From: Patescibacteria group bacterium | GTDB taxonomy: Bacteria > Patescibacteriota > Minisyncoccia > Phycocordibacterales > Phycocordibacteraceae | Reading direction: 5' to 3' | DNA: 64,000 nucleotides | Assembly (NCBI GenBank): GCA_038064495.1 | Contig: JBBTSZ010000004.1 | Location: forward strand, 5,363 to 69,362 | Part shown: one piece after another, positions 47,928 through 56,747 of the stretch | Position numbering within the stretch: position 1 is the first letter of the stretch | Layout of the letters: each line of letters begins with the position of its first letter | Notes under the pieces: generated by a model | The model's input: the letters and a program-made list of their open reading frames with translations, nothing else | Databases searched by the model: none | Told to the model about the DNA's origin: nothing | Translations under genes and position numbers: made by a program

Positions 47928-48925
47928 AAACCTATCGAGGCGTCGTTATAGGGTGCGGAAAGGTGGGCGCCACCTTCGAAATGGATACCGGTCTTGTGAG
48001 GCCTGCCTCACACGCAGCCGCGCTTGTGGCGCACCCGCAAACAGAACTCGTCGCGCTTGTAGACCCCATGCCTGAGGCACTCGAACGCGCTGGAGGATAC
48101 TACAAGGTGCCTACCTATACTGATGCCGAGACATGCTTCACAGCAATGAAGCCGGATATTGTCATCATCGCGACTCCACCACCTACGCATGAAGCAATGC
48201 TTGCTCTCGCATTTGCGCATAACATTCCTGCTGTAATTTGTGAGAAGCCCGTGGCAGATACTCGTGTAGAAGCAGAACGTATGATTGATGCGACCGCGAA
48301 GGCTTCCACGCTCGTTATTGTTAATCATCAGCGCAGATTCTTTCCTCTGTTTATTGACGCTAAGGAGCGTATTGCAAAAGGAGAGCTAGGACGGGTGCAA
48401 CAAATAACGGCATACTACACTAATGGTCTTACCAATAACGGTACACACACACTTGATGCGATTGCATATCTCATCGCTGACCATGCTACGTGGGTAGTGG
48501 GGGTACGTAACGAAAAGAACACTACAGCGCCATTCAGCACGAACATCGATGGACTTGTCGGGTATGCGGGTGGAGCTGTCGCAGCAATACAGAGTCTTGA
48601 TAACGACTCATACGGGGTTCACGATTTCCGTATATACGGAACGGAGGGGGTCCTCACTATCGGGCAGTACGGCTATGCCTTTTCTCGAACACCTGTCGCA
48701 GAAGGCATAACGTTTGCCGGCGTCAAAGAGCCAGACTGGGAACACTCGGTGAACGAGCTTGATAAACGGAGCATGCTCCTCGGGACCCTTGCCCATACAG
48801 TGGAATGCTTGGAGCGAGGCACCCCGCCACGTAGCACCCTTTCCGATGGTTATCAGACTATGCAGGTACTCGAGGCGCTTACCGAGAGCGCAGACAATGG
48901 AGGCCAGCGCATTACCATTTCATAG
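47924..48925 (+). CDS. Gfo/Idh/MocA oxidoreductase
   Basis: IGCGKVG, CEKPVA, NHQRRF, NGTHTLD. Confidence 0.88.
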   Translation: MKTYRGVVIGCGKVGATFEMDTGLVRPASHAAALVAHPQTELVALVDPMPEALERAGGYYKVPTYTDAETCFTAMKPDIVIIATPPPTHEAMLALAFAHNIPAVICEKPVADTRVEAERMIDATAKASTLVIVNHQRRFFPLFIDAKERIAKGELGRVQQITAYYTNGLTNNGTHTLDAIAYLIADHATWVVGVRNEKNTTAPFSTNIDGLVGYAGGAVAAIQSLDNDSYGVHDFRIYGTEGVLTIGQYGYAFSRTPVAEGITFAGVKEPDWEHSVNELDKRSMLLGTLAHTVECLERGTPPRSTLSDGYQTMQVLEALTESADNGGQRITIS

Positions 48926-48931
48926 TTTTCC

Positions 48932-50221
48932 ATGGATATCGAAGCTCCAGCCATTCTTGGCGGCACACCCGTTCTTACGACTCCTCTACCACCTACGCAC
49001 AATGTGGGTGAGGAAGAGGTGCGTGCTACTACGCGCGTTCTCATGGGCGGCCCACTTTCCGGTTTCATCGGTACCGTTGGCGCGAGGTTTCTTGGGGGGG
49101 CGGAAGTCCAGCGTTTCGAAGAGGCATTTCGCGAATATTTTGGGGTGAAGCACGCGGTTGCATTTAACTCAGGCACTACCGCGCTTCATGCGGCGATTGC
49201 CGCACTCGGTATTGGGCCGGGTGATGAGGTCATTGTCCCACCGTACTCTATGGCCGCGTCTGCAGTATGTGTCGTGAACAATGGTGCCATACCCGTGTTT
49301 GCAGACATCGACCCAAAGACGTTCACTCTCGACCCAGAATCAGTGAAATCAAAAATCACGAAGTACACCAAAGGCATTGTGGTCGTGAACTTGTTTGGTC
49401 AGGCTGCAGACCTCGATGCCATCATGACCATCGCAAAAGACCACAACCTCAAGGTGCTTGAGGATAATGCGCAGTCACCGCGCGCCATGTACAAGGGAAA
49501 ATATGCAGGCACCATTGGAGACGTGGGCATGTTCAGTTTCAATGTGAACAAAGTTGCGCAGTGTGGAGAGGGTGGGGTGGTGGTTACGAACGATGACACC
49601 TACGCACTTCGTGCGCAGCTTATGCGCAATCACGGCGAGTCAGTGGTGGACGATTTACCTGACTACGATGCTGGACCTATATTCGGCAGTAACTACCGCA
49701 TGACGGAACTCGAGGCTGCCATCGCGTACGAGCAGCTGCAAAAGCTCGAACATTTCAATGCGCGCAAAGTTGAGCTTGCTGAATACCTCACGAGTCAGTT
49801 GAAGGATATTCCTGGGATAACGACTCCGTTTATTCCAGAAGGGAACACCCATGTGTATTTCCAGTACGCACTCAAAGTCGATGTAGAGAAAACAGGCATC
49901 TCGCGCGACAAGCTCGTTGAAGCAATGGCTGCCGAGGGATTCCCCATGGCACGCGGCTACGTGAAGCCCATTTATCTTCTGCGTATGTTCCAGGAGCGCA
50001 AGGCGTTTAACGATACTCATTTCCCCTTTGAGTACGATGGATATCAGGGCAACCCCGACTACTCGAAGGGGTCGTGTCCAGTTGTGGAGCGCATGTACGA
50101 AACGGAGCTTACCTCTAGCATGCTCTGTCAGTTCCCACGCACAAACGAACACATCGACTTGTTCGTGTTCGCATTGAAACGAGTGTTAGCAAACGCAGAG
50201 GCAGTAATGAAAGGAGCATGA
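48932..50221 (+). CDS. DegT/DnrJ/PseC-family PLP sugar aminotransferase
   Basis: NSGTTALH, GPGDEVIVP, EDNAQS, FSFNVNK..GEGG, NYRMTE. Confidence 0.92.
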   Translation: MDIEAPAILGGTPVLTTPLPPTHNVGEEEVRATTRVLMGGPLSGFIGTVGARFLGGAEVQRFEEAFREYFGVKHAVAFNSGTTALHAAIAALGIGPGDEVIVPPYSMAASAVCVVNNGAIPVFADIDPKTFTLDPESVKSKITKYTKGIVVVNLFGQAADLDAIMTIAKDHNLKVLEDNAQSPRAMYKGKYAGTIGDVGMFSFNVNKVAQCGEGGVVVTNDDTYALRAQLMRNHGESVVDDLPDYDAGPIFGSNYRMTELEAAIAYEQLQKLEHFNARKVELAEYLTSQLKDIPGITTPFIPEGNTHVYFQYALKVDVEKTGISRDKLVEAMAAEGFPMARGYVKPIYLLRMFQERKAFNDTHFPFEYDGYQGNPDYSKGSCPVVERMYETELTSSMLCQFPRTNEHIDLFVFALKRVLANAEAVMKGA

Positions 50222-51006
50222 TAGACGGTAAGAAGATCGTTGCGATTATCGAAGCACGCATGACCTCGTCACGCTTGCCGGGGAAGGTGCTCATGCCACT
50301 AGCAGGGGAGTCCGTACTGGCACGCCAGATAGAACGATTGCGCCACAGTACGCACATTGACGACGTCGTGGTCGCAACGACCACGAATGCTCCAGACGAT
50401 GCTATCGTTGCGGAGTGCGAGCGTCTCAACGCGCGCTATTGGCGCGGAAGTGAGGACGATGTGCTTCTGCGCGTACTTGAGGCAGCGCAATCGGTACAAG
50501 CGGATATCATTGTCGAAATCTGTGGAGATTGCCCCTTTATTGACTGGCGTCATGCGGATGCCCTCCTTGAAATGATGGGTAAGGACGGGTATGACTATGT
50601 CGCAAACTCGCTGGAAGAGACGTTCCCCATCGGATTTGATATTCGCATTTTCCCGACGACCATTCTTGATGAGGTAAACCGCATCAGCAAAGACGCATAT
50701 GATCACGAGCACGTCTCTTTGTATATCTACAATCACCCTGAGAAATATAAGCTCGGGAATATCGCTGCGGAAGGAAAGATGCGTCGCAGGGACCTCCGAC
50801 TCGTTATCGATAACAAAGAGGACTATCAACTCGCTTCAACCATCTACGAGAAGCTCTATCCAGGAAATCCCAACTTTAGTGCCGAGGACGTGATTACATT
50901 GTTTGAGCAGGAGCCAGAGCTCGCACTCATAAACCGCGACATTAAACAGAAAGACCCCTACGGTACGTTTATGGAACGGCACATGCGTGAGGACACTATC
51001 GAATAA
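50218..51006 (+). CDS. SpsF/PseF-like cytidylyltransferase
   Basis: EARMTSSRLPGKVL, RGSEDDVL, GDCPF, EHV. Confidence 0.88.
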   Translation: MIDGKKIVAIIEARMTSSRLPGKVLMPLAGESVLARQIERLRHSTHIDDVVVATTTNAPDDAIVAECERLNARYWRGSEDDVLLRVLEAAQSVQADIIVEICGDCPFIDWRHADALLEMMGKDGYDYVANSLEETFPIGFDIRIFPTTILDEVNRISKDAYDHEHVSLYIYNHPEKYKLGNIAAEGKMRRRDLRLVIDNKEDYQLASTIYEKLYPGNPNFSAEDVITLFEQEPELALINRDIKQKDPYGTFMERHMREDTIE

Positions 51007-51203
51007 CAGAACGGGTTACGGGTACCGCTCTTACCTCAGTTTCTCTGATTGTTTTACAACCAGCGTTTCTCGTGATGGATATCGTTATACCAATTACGAT
51101 GGGCATCATGATTTTCAAGGAGCGCCGTCAATTCGGACCATGGGACATTGTGTTCTATGTTCTCGGAATTATCGGTTTCCTGCTGGTGCTCTTCGGCTCA
51201 TAA
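51006..51203 (+). pseudogene. Probable 3' remnant of a DMT/EamA-like membrane protein (or a small protein from ATG 51075)
   Basis: The frame reads ..SLIVLQPAFLVMDIVIPITMGIMIFKERRQFGPWDIVFYVLGIIGFLLVLFGS*, is closed upstream by a TGA inside spsF, and is followed by a terminator. Confidence 0.5.
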
Positions 51204-51207
51204 ACTC

Positions 51208-51242
51208 GCGCCCCCACAACGCAAATTGTGGGGGCGCTTTCT
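51208..51242 (+). terminator. Rho-independent terminator
   Basis: GCGCCCCCACAA-cgcaaa-TTGTGGGGGCGC-tttct. Confidence 0.75.
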
Positions 51243-51294
51243 GTGGTATCTTTGCATCGTATACAGGACCTTCAAGGTTATATCTAGTACTTAA

Positions 51295-53058
51295 ATGAAA
51301 AACTGGGGCACGATTAAACGTTTATATGGTAAATACCGACTGCATGTCGGTACCCTTATTGTACTTGGACTTGTTGGGGCGGTGCTTGATGGTCTGGCTA
51401 TCAACATTGCCGTACCCTCTATATCGTTTCTCGTAAATCCGCACTCGGTCCCTACCGACATCATTTCAAAGACCATAGCAGCACTCTTTGCTTTTTTTGG
51501 TGTTTCGTTCACCTTTCGGCACCTCATTATCCTTATTACGATTCTTATGTTCGTTCGTGCAGGGGTGCTTGTTATCTTCGGCTACCTGCGTGGCTGGATT
51601 ACGGGAGATTTCCTTGCAAGTGAAAGTAAGATTGTGCTTGGTGCCACGCTTGCTGCCTCGTGGCCCTTTCTCCTTAAGCAAAAGATTGGTCATGTACAAA
51701 ATACCCTTGAGCGTGATTTGCAACGTTCAGCAAATCTACTTGAGTCGTTTAGTCAACTCGTCCAGTCTTTCACTGGATTCTTGATGTACCTCCTGGTGGC
51801 ACTCAATATCTCTCCATCGACAACCCTTTTTACCTTTGCTGCGGGTGTCGGGCTGGCATTACTCATTCGTCCTTTACTTGCCCGAACACAACGTATTGGC
51901 ATGCAAATGGCCAATACCGACCGTCAGGTATCCCAGTTTGTAACTGAGCATGTTATTGGCATGAAGGCGTTAAAAGCTGCTGGCGTAGAGGGGAAGGCTT
52001 TCTTGGCTGGTTCAGAACTATTTACGACACTGCACACGCTCTATGTGCGGATGGCAACGGTACGTTCACTTTCAACGAGCTTTTTTCAACCGTTCGCAAT
52101 GATATTTATCATTATTCTATTTACACTTAAATATCATTCCGGCTCGTTTGATATTGTGGCATTTGCTGCCACCCTCTATTTGATTCAGAAGATCTTTACG
52201 TATCTCGAGAGTACTCAGGCATCACTCCACGGCATTCGGGAACTCCTGCCGTATGCCGCACACATTGATGAGTTTAAGCAGCAGCTCGAGACTGCCCATG
52301 AGGAGCCTCAAAAGGGCACTCAGTCCTTCTCGCTCAAGAAATCTCTTGCATTTAAGAATGTGTCATTTGGCTACAGCCAAGAAAAGGTAATCCTCAAGAA
52401 TGTATCGTTCTCACTTGCTGCAGGAACCACGACAGCTGTTATTGGTCCCTCTGGTGCCGGGAAGACTTCTATCGCCGACCTAGTGCTCCGTCTCTTTGCT
52501 CCGACTAGTGGAGTGATTGAAGTGGATGGTATTGACTACAAAGACATTTCTCTCGAGAGCCTCCGTGGTTCACTTGGATACGTTACACAAGACTCATTTC
52601 TACTCCACGCATCCATCGCAGATAATGTACGTTTCTACCGCAGTGAACTACGCGATGAAGACATAACCAATGCACTACACTCTGCAAACCTTACGGATTT
52701 TATTGAAAGCCTACCGGATGGAGTTAACACCATTGTGGGGGATAGGGGAGTGCTACTTTCAGGGGGCCAGCGCCAGCGTGTCGCGCTTGCACGTGCACTT
52801 GCAGGCTCACCTGCACTCTTGGTACTCGATGAAGCAACGAGCGCGCTTGATCGTGAGTCAGAACGTCTGGTGCAGGAATCTATTGAGGCACTGCATGGCA
52901 AAGCCACAGTCTTAGTTATTGCTCACCGTCTCTCAACGATTGAGCGAGCTGACTCTATTTTAGTTCTGGATAAGGGTTCTGTTCTTGAGTCGGGTCGCCC
53001 TGAAGAACTGATACAAGACCCAAATTCGTACTACAGTCGTCACCGCACAGGAGGGTAG
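51295..53058 (+). CDS. ABC exporter, fused TMD+NBD (PglK/MsbA-like glycan flippase)
   Basis: GPSGAGKT, LSGGQRQR, LDEATSALD, AHRLST; N-terminal TM domain. Confidence 0.88.
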   Translation: MKNWGTIKRLYGKYRLHVGTLIVLGLVGAVLDGLAINIAVPSISFLVNPHSVPTDIISKTIAALFAFFGVSFTFRHLIILITILMFVRAGVLVIFGYLRGWITGDFLASESKIVLGATLAASWPFLLKQKIGHVQNTLERDLQRSANLLESFSQLVQSFTGFLMYLLVALNISPSTTLFTFAAGVGLALLIRPLLARTQRIGMQMANTDRQVSQFVTEHVIGMKALKAAGVEGKAFLAGSELFTTLHTLYVRMATVRSLSTSFFQPFAMIFIIILFTLKYHSGSFDIVAFAATLYLIQKIFTYLESTQASLHGIRELLPYAAHIDEFKQQLETAHEEPQKGTQSFSLKKSLAFKNVSFGYSQEKVILKNVSFSLAAGTTTAVIGPSGAGKTSIADLVLRLFAPTSGVIEVDGIDYKDISLESLRGSLGYVTQDSFLLHASIADNVRFYRSELRDEDITNALHSANLTDFIESLPDGVNTIVGDRGVLLSGGQRQRVALARALAGSPALLVLDEATSALDRESERLVQESIEALHGKATVLVIAHRLSTIERADSILVLDKGSVLESGRPEELIQDPNSYYSRHRTGG

Positions 53059-53092
53059 TCGCCCTTTTCGAGAGTGGTATAGTCTAGGACAT

Positions 53093-55240
53093 ATGTCCAC
53101 CATGAAAACCACATTACGCTGGGTAATTTACATAGCACTTTTTACTATCCCGTTCCTGGCACTATATGTCGCAAACGGCCTGTTTTTCCCGTTTATAACT
53201 GGGAAAGGATTCGCGTTTCGTATTTTGGTAGAAATTGCACTTTTTGCGTGGATTCTCCTTGCGTGCGCAGACCCGGCGTACCGACCTCGTTTTTCATGGA
53301 CTCTGATTCTCTACGCGGTGTTTGTCTCGTGGATTTTTATTGCGGATGTGTTCGGCGTTAATCCACATAAAGCACTCTGGAGTAATTTTGAACGCATGGA
53401 AGGGTGGGTGACTCTTGTGCACGTGTTTGCGTTCTTCCTGGTTACCGCATCGGTATTTACGACTGATAAACTTTGGCGTAAGTGGTGGCTGACCTTTGTT
53501 GCGGTGGCTGCGCTCGTTTGTTGTTATTGCTTACTTCAGCTTTCGGGGGCGATAACTATTCACCAGGGAGGGGTACGTGTGGACGGAACCTTCGGTAACG
53601 CAGCCTATCTCGCCGTGTATCTGCTATTTGGTGCTGCGGTAGCTCTTTGGCAGGCATTTGAGTCAAAAGGGTTCCTCCGATATTCACTCTTTGTGCTCTC
53701 TTTTGTAGAAGTGGTTATTCTCTTCTTTACTGCCACTCGTGGTGCCGTGCTTGGTCTCGTAGGAGCTATTGGTCTTGGTGCACTTCTTTGGATGGTTGAG
53801 TCAGGTTCAAAGGGTAAAAAAGTGGCAGGAGGCATCTTCGTTGCTCTCGTGATTGTTGCCGGAGGGTTCTATCTCCTTCGTGAAAGTGCCTTTGTACAGT
53901 CAGAACCTACACTGCAACGCATTTCCTCCATCTCTATAGGCGATTTAAAAGTTCGCTTTACGCTCTGGGGTATGGCGGTGAAGGGTGTGAGCGAGCGACC
54001 GCTCACGGGGTGGGGCCAGGAAGGTTTTAATTACATATTCAACGAACATTATGTTCCTTCCATGTATCGCCAGGAGCCATGGTTTGACAGAGCCCACAAT
54101 GTCTTCATTGATTGGCTTGTTGCTGGGGGTATTCCTGGGTTTCTTCTTTTTGTCGCTCTTCTGATAAGTGCGGTGCGAGCACTGTATATGGCTGGAGCGA
54201 CTCGGCCTGAACGCGTGATGCTGGTTGCTGCACTCGGCGGATATGCTATTCAAGGTCTCGTGGTGTTTGATAATCTCTTTACCTATGTGCCGCTTGCCGC
54301 AATACTTGCGACCGCACATTCAGTTTCCTCGCGTCCATGGAAGAAGATTGAGGCGCTACCGGTAGCTCGCGAGGCAACGCTCCAGGTCGCCACCCCTATT
54401 GTGGCTGTGTTTGCTGCAACCATTATATGGATGGTAAACGTGCCGAATATCGCAGCATCTAATGAACTTATACATGCCATGTCGTTTACGAGTAACGACC
54501 TCACTTCAAACGTTGACTACTTTAAACAAGCACTTGCAGAGAATACCTACGCGAAACAAGAAATTCGAGAACAGTTAATTATGTTCACCTCGAACGTTGC
54601 GAATCAGCAACAAGGACCCTCACAAGCGATGACGCAACTCGGACAGTTTGCAATGGAAGAAATGGGTAAAGAAGTAGCAACACAGCCAAAGGATGCTCGT
54701 ATTCGCCTTGAGTACGCATTAGGATACCGTGCACTCGGTGACTATGAACATGCACTTGAACAAATTGGTATTGCCCATGAACTCTCACCAAAGAAGCAAG
54801 GCATTCTTCTGGAACAGGGGATTAACTATTGGCAGGTGAACAAATGGGGTGAAGCGCGAGCCTCATTTCATCAGGCGTATGACCTCGATCACTCGTTCCC
54901 CGAACTCGCTGCCTACGCTGCCGCAGGAGACCTAACAACTGGGCACCTCCAGGAGGGCACAGACCTACTTCTTCAGACGGTGGGTACAACTACCGTAGAC
55001 TCTGAGCCGCTCATCCTTGCCTACTACCAAGTGAAGATGTATCCAGAACTCATTCACTCGCTCCAGCTTCAGGTTACCCGTCAGAACGGTTCGGCGGCGT
55101 CTCGTTTCCGTCTTGCCGCAGCGTATGTGGCTGCCGGACAACATGCTGAGGCTCGTGCACAAGTAAACAAAGCTGTTCTTGAGCACCCCGAAGTTGCAGC
55201 TCAAGCAGCTGAATTCATGAAGCACATTCCTGGTGGTTAA
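53093..55240 (+). CDS. O-antigen ligase / O-oligosaccharyltransferase-like protein with TPR tail
   Basis: GTFGNAAYLA, TATRGA, R..W..RPLTGWG.E, FDRAHN (Wzy_C); helical TPR-like C-terminus. Confidence 0.85.
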   Translation: MSTMKTTLRWVIYIALFTIPFLALYVANGLFFPFITGKGFAFRILVEIALFAWILLACADPAYRPRFSWTLILYAVFVSWIFIADVFGVNPHKALWSNFERMEGWVTLVHVFAFFLVTASVFTTDKLWRKWWLTFVAVAALVCCYCLLQLSGAITIHQGGVRVDGTFGNAAYLAVYLLFGAAVALWQAFESKGFLRYSLFVLSFVEVVILFFTATRGAVLGLVGAIGLGALLWMVESGSKGKKVAGGIFVALVIVAGGFYLLRESAFVQSEPTLQRISSISIGDLKVRFTLWGMAVKGVSERPLTGWGQEGFNYIFNEHYVPSMYRQEPWFDRAHNVFIDWLVAGGIPGFLLFVALLISAVRALYMAGATRPERVMLVAALGGYAIQGLVVFDNLFTYVPLAAILATAHSVSSRPWKKIEALPVAREATLQVATPIVAVFAATIIWMVNVPNIAASNELIHAMSFTSNDLTSNVDYFKQALAENTYAKQEIREQLIMFTSNVANQQQGPSQAMTQLGQFAMEEMGKEVATQPKDARIRLEYALGYRALGDYEHALEQIGIAHELSPKKQGILLEQGINYWQVNKWGEARASFHQAYDLDHSFPELAAYAAAGDLTTGHLQEGTDLLLQTVGTTTVDSEPLILAYYQVKMYPELIHSLQLQVTRQNGSAASRFRLAAAYVAAGQHAEARAQVNKAVLEHPEVAAQAAEFMKHIPGG

Positions 55241-56265
55241 TGATTGTTCGAGAAGCAGTACCATTTTCTGAACTCACCACCTTCCAAGTAGGAGGTGAAG
55301 CGCACCTTCTCGTTGAGTGCGAGACACATGAGGACGTACCGCTCGCGGTCGCGTATGCGCGCGAGCACAACCTTCCATTTGTCATGCTCGGACAGGGTAG
55401 CAACGTACTTCCTCCTGATGAGGGATATCTTGGAGTCGTTATACGAGTATCTTCAAAAGCGCGCGCGTATAGAACGGTCGGAGACACCGTAGTCGTCACT
55501 GCTGATGCTGGCGTGTCGTGGGACGAGCTCGTTTCTGAAGTTGCATCCCGAGATCTTTGGGGGATAGAAAATCTTGCCGGTATACCTGGTACGGTGGGCG
55601 CAGCTCCCATTCAAAACATTGGTGCCTACGGTACTGAACTCCAGTCAGTATTTGTTTCGCTTGTAGCTTACGATGCTCACACAGACACTGAGCGAGTTAT
55701 TACGAAAAGAGAAGCAGGCTTCGGGTATCGTGATAGTCGTTTCAAACATGAGCCGGAACTCATTATTACCGAGGTAACGTTTGCACTTTCAAAAAACGGT
55801 GAGCCCCAGATTGGCTATAGTGACCTTAGGGATGCACAGACTCGAGGAGTAGACCTCTCTACACCATCCGCAATTGGTCGCGCCGTACGTGAAATACGCA
55901 GTACCAAGTTCCCTGATTTGAAGACCCACGGTACCGCTGGTTCGTTCTTCAAGAACCCCATTGTCTCGCCGGAACAATTTTCAACACTCTCAACTCGGTA
56001 CGGCGCTATTCCGAGTTACCCGGTGCTTGATGGAGTTAAGATTCCACTTGCGTTTATTTTGGACCGAATACTAAATCTTCGTGGTTACCGAAAGGGGACT
56101 GTTTCGTTGTTCGGTAATCAACCACTCGTACTGGTTGCCGATCGAGGAGCCACTACTCGTGACGTAGATGCGTTTGCGAAGGAGATTGAAGAAAAAGTAT
56201 TTACTGCAACGGGAATTAGTATTGAACGCGAAGTGCGGATGCTCACCGCGCGCGCATCAAAATAA
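55240..56265 (+). CDS. murB: UDP-N-acetylenolpyruvoylglucosamine reductase
   Basis: LGQGSNVL, ENLAGIPGTVGAAPIQNIGAYG, FGYRDS, AGSFFKNP. Confidence 0.95.
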   Translation: MIVREAVPFSELTTFQVGGEAHLLVECETHEDVPLAVAYAREHNLPFVMLGQGSNVLPPDEGYLGVVIRVSSKARAYRTVGDTVVVTADAGVSWDELVSEVASRDLWGIENLAGIPGTVGAAPIQNIGAYGTELQSVFVSLVAYDAHTDTERVITKREAGFGYRDSRFKHEPELIITEVTFALSKNGEPQIGYSDLRDAQTRGVDLSTPSAIGRAVREIRSTKFPDLKTHGTAGSFFKNPIVSPEQFSTLSTRYGAIPSYPVLDGVKIPLAFILDRILNLRGYRKGTVSLFGNQPLVLVADRGATTRDVDAFAKEIEEKVFTATGISIEREVRMLTARASK

Positions 56266-56286
56266 ATTATTTTTTTGTAAAAAAAG

Positions 56287-56295
56287 TTATCCACA
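56287..56295 (+). promoter_or_regulatory. Perfect DnaA box in an AT-rich intergenic tract
   Basis: TTATCCACA inside the A/T-run-rich stretch 56260-56345. Confidence 0.5.
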
Positions 56296-56426
56296 TTTAC
56301 TAAAAAAAAGTTACAAAAAAATTAATTGCGCGCAATAATATTACTTAGAACACATTCGCGTGAAGTATAAAAAGTTTACGTGGATGGGTCGACAATATCA
56401 GTCGTAGAGAACATATACATATACTT

Positions 56427-56552
56427 ATGGCAGCAAAGAAGAAGGCCGCAAAGAAGACGACTAAGCGCAAAGCCGCAAAGAAGACAACTAAGAAGGCCGC
56501 AAAGAAGACCACGAAGAAGGCAGCAAAGCGCAAGACCGCAAAGCGCAAATAG
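56427..56552 (+). CDS. 41-aa Lys/Ala-rich histone-H1-like small protein
   Basis: Hand translation MAAKKKAAKKTTKRKAAKKTTKKAAKKTTKKAAKRKTAKRK*. Below the ORF-track cutoff; followed by a terminator. Confidence 0.85.
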   Translation: MAAKKKAAKKTTKRKAAKKTTKKAAKKTTKKAAKRKTAKRK

Positions 56553-56569
56553 TCTCTTCTGACTTTTTC

Positions 56570-56597
56570 CAAAAGACTCCTCTCCAGGAGTCTTTTG
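56570..56597 (+). terminator. Rho-independent terminator
   Basis: CAAAAGACTCCT-ctcc-AGGAGTCTTTTG. Confidence 0.75.
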
Positions 56598-56747
56598 CGT
56601 TAGCAAGCTCTTGAAGCCCTCGTCTGCTTTGTTGCGGGCTACGTGCTTTCTTCCACCGTACTTCAAGTACGTTTCCAGAAATCACGTGCTCGCGCCTCGC
56701 ATACAAGGCCTTCCAGAGCCATCTAAGAAAAGGTATAGTCTATCTCT

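Noticed and set aside
50987-51298. 103-aa ORF from the track
   Set aside because: It runs through a terminator hairpin and has no protein-like features; another frame gives a convincing membrane-protein fragment.
56260-56345. Replication origin
   Set aside because: Only one perfect DnaA box and no dnaA/dnaN nearby; GC skew cannot be computed here.
56345-56666. Minus-strand hydrophobic ORFs (FFVVFFAAFL..) and plus-strand ORF 56380..56562
   Set aside because: They are antisense or frame shadows of the Lys/Ala-rich ORF 56427..56552.
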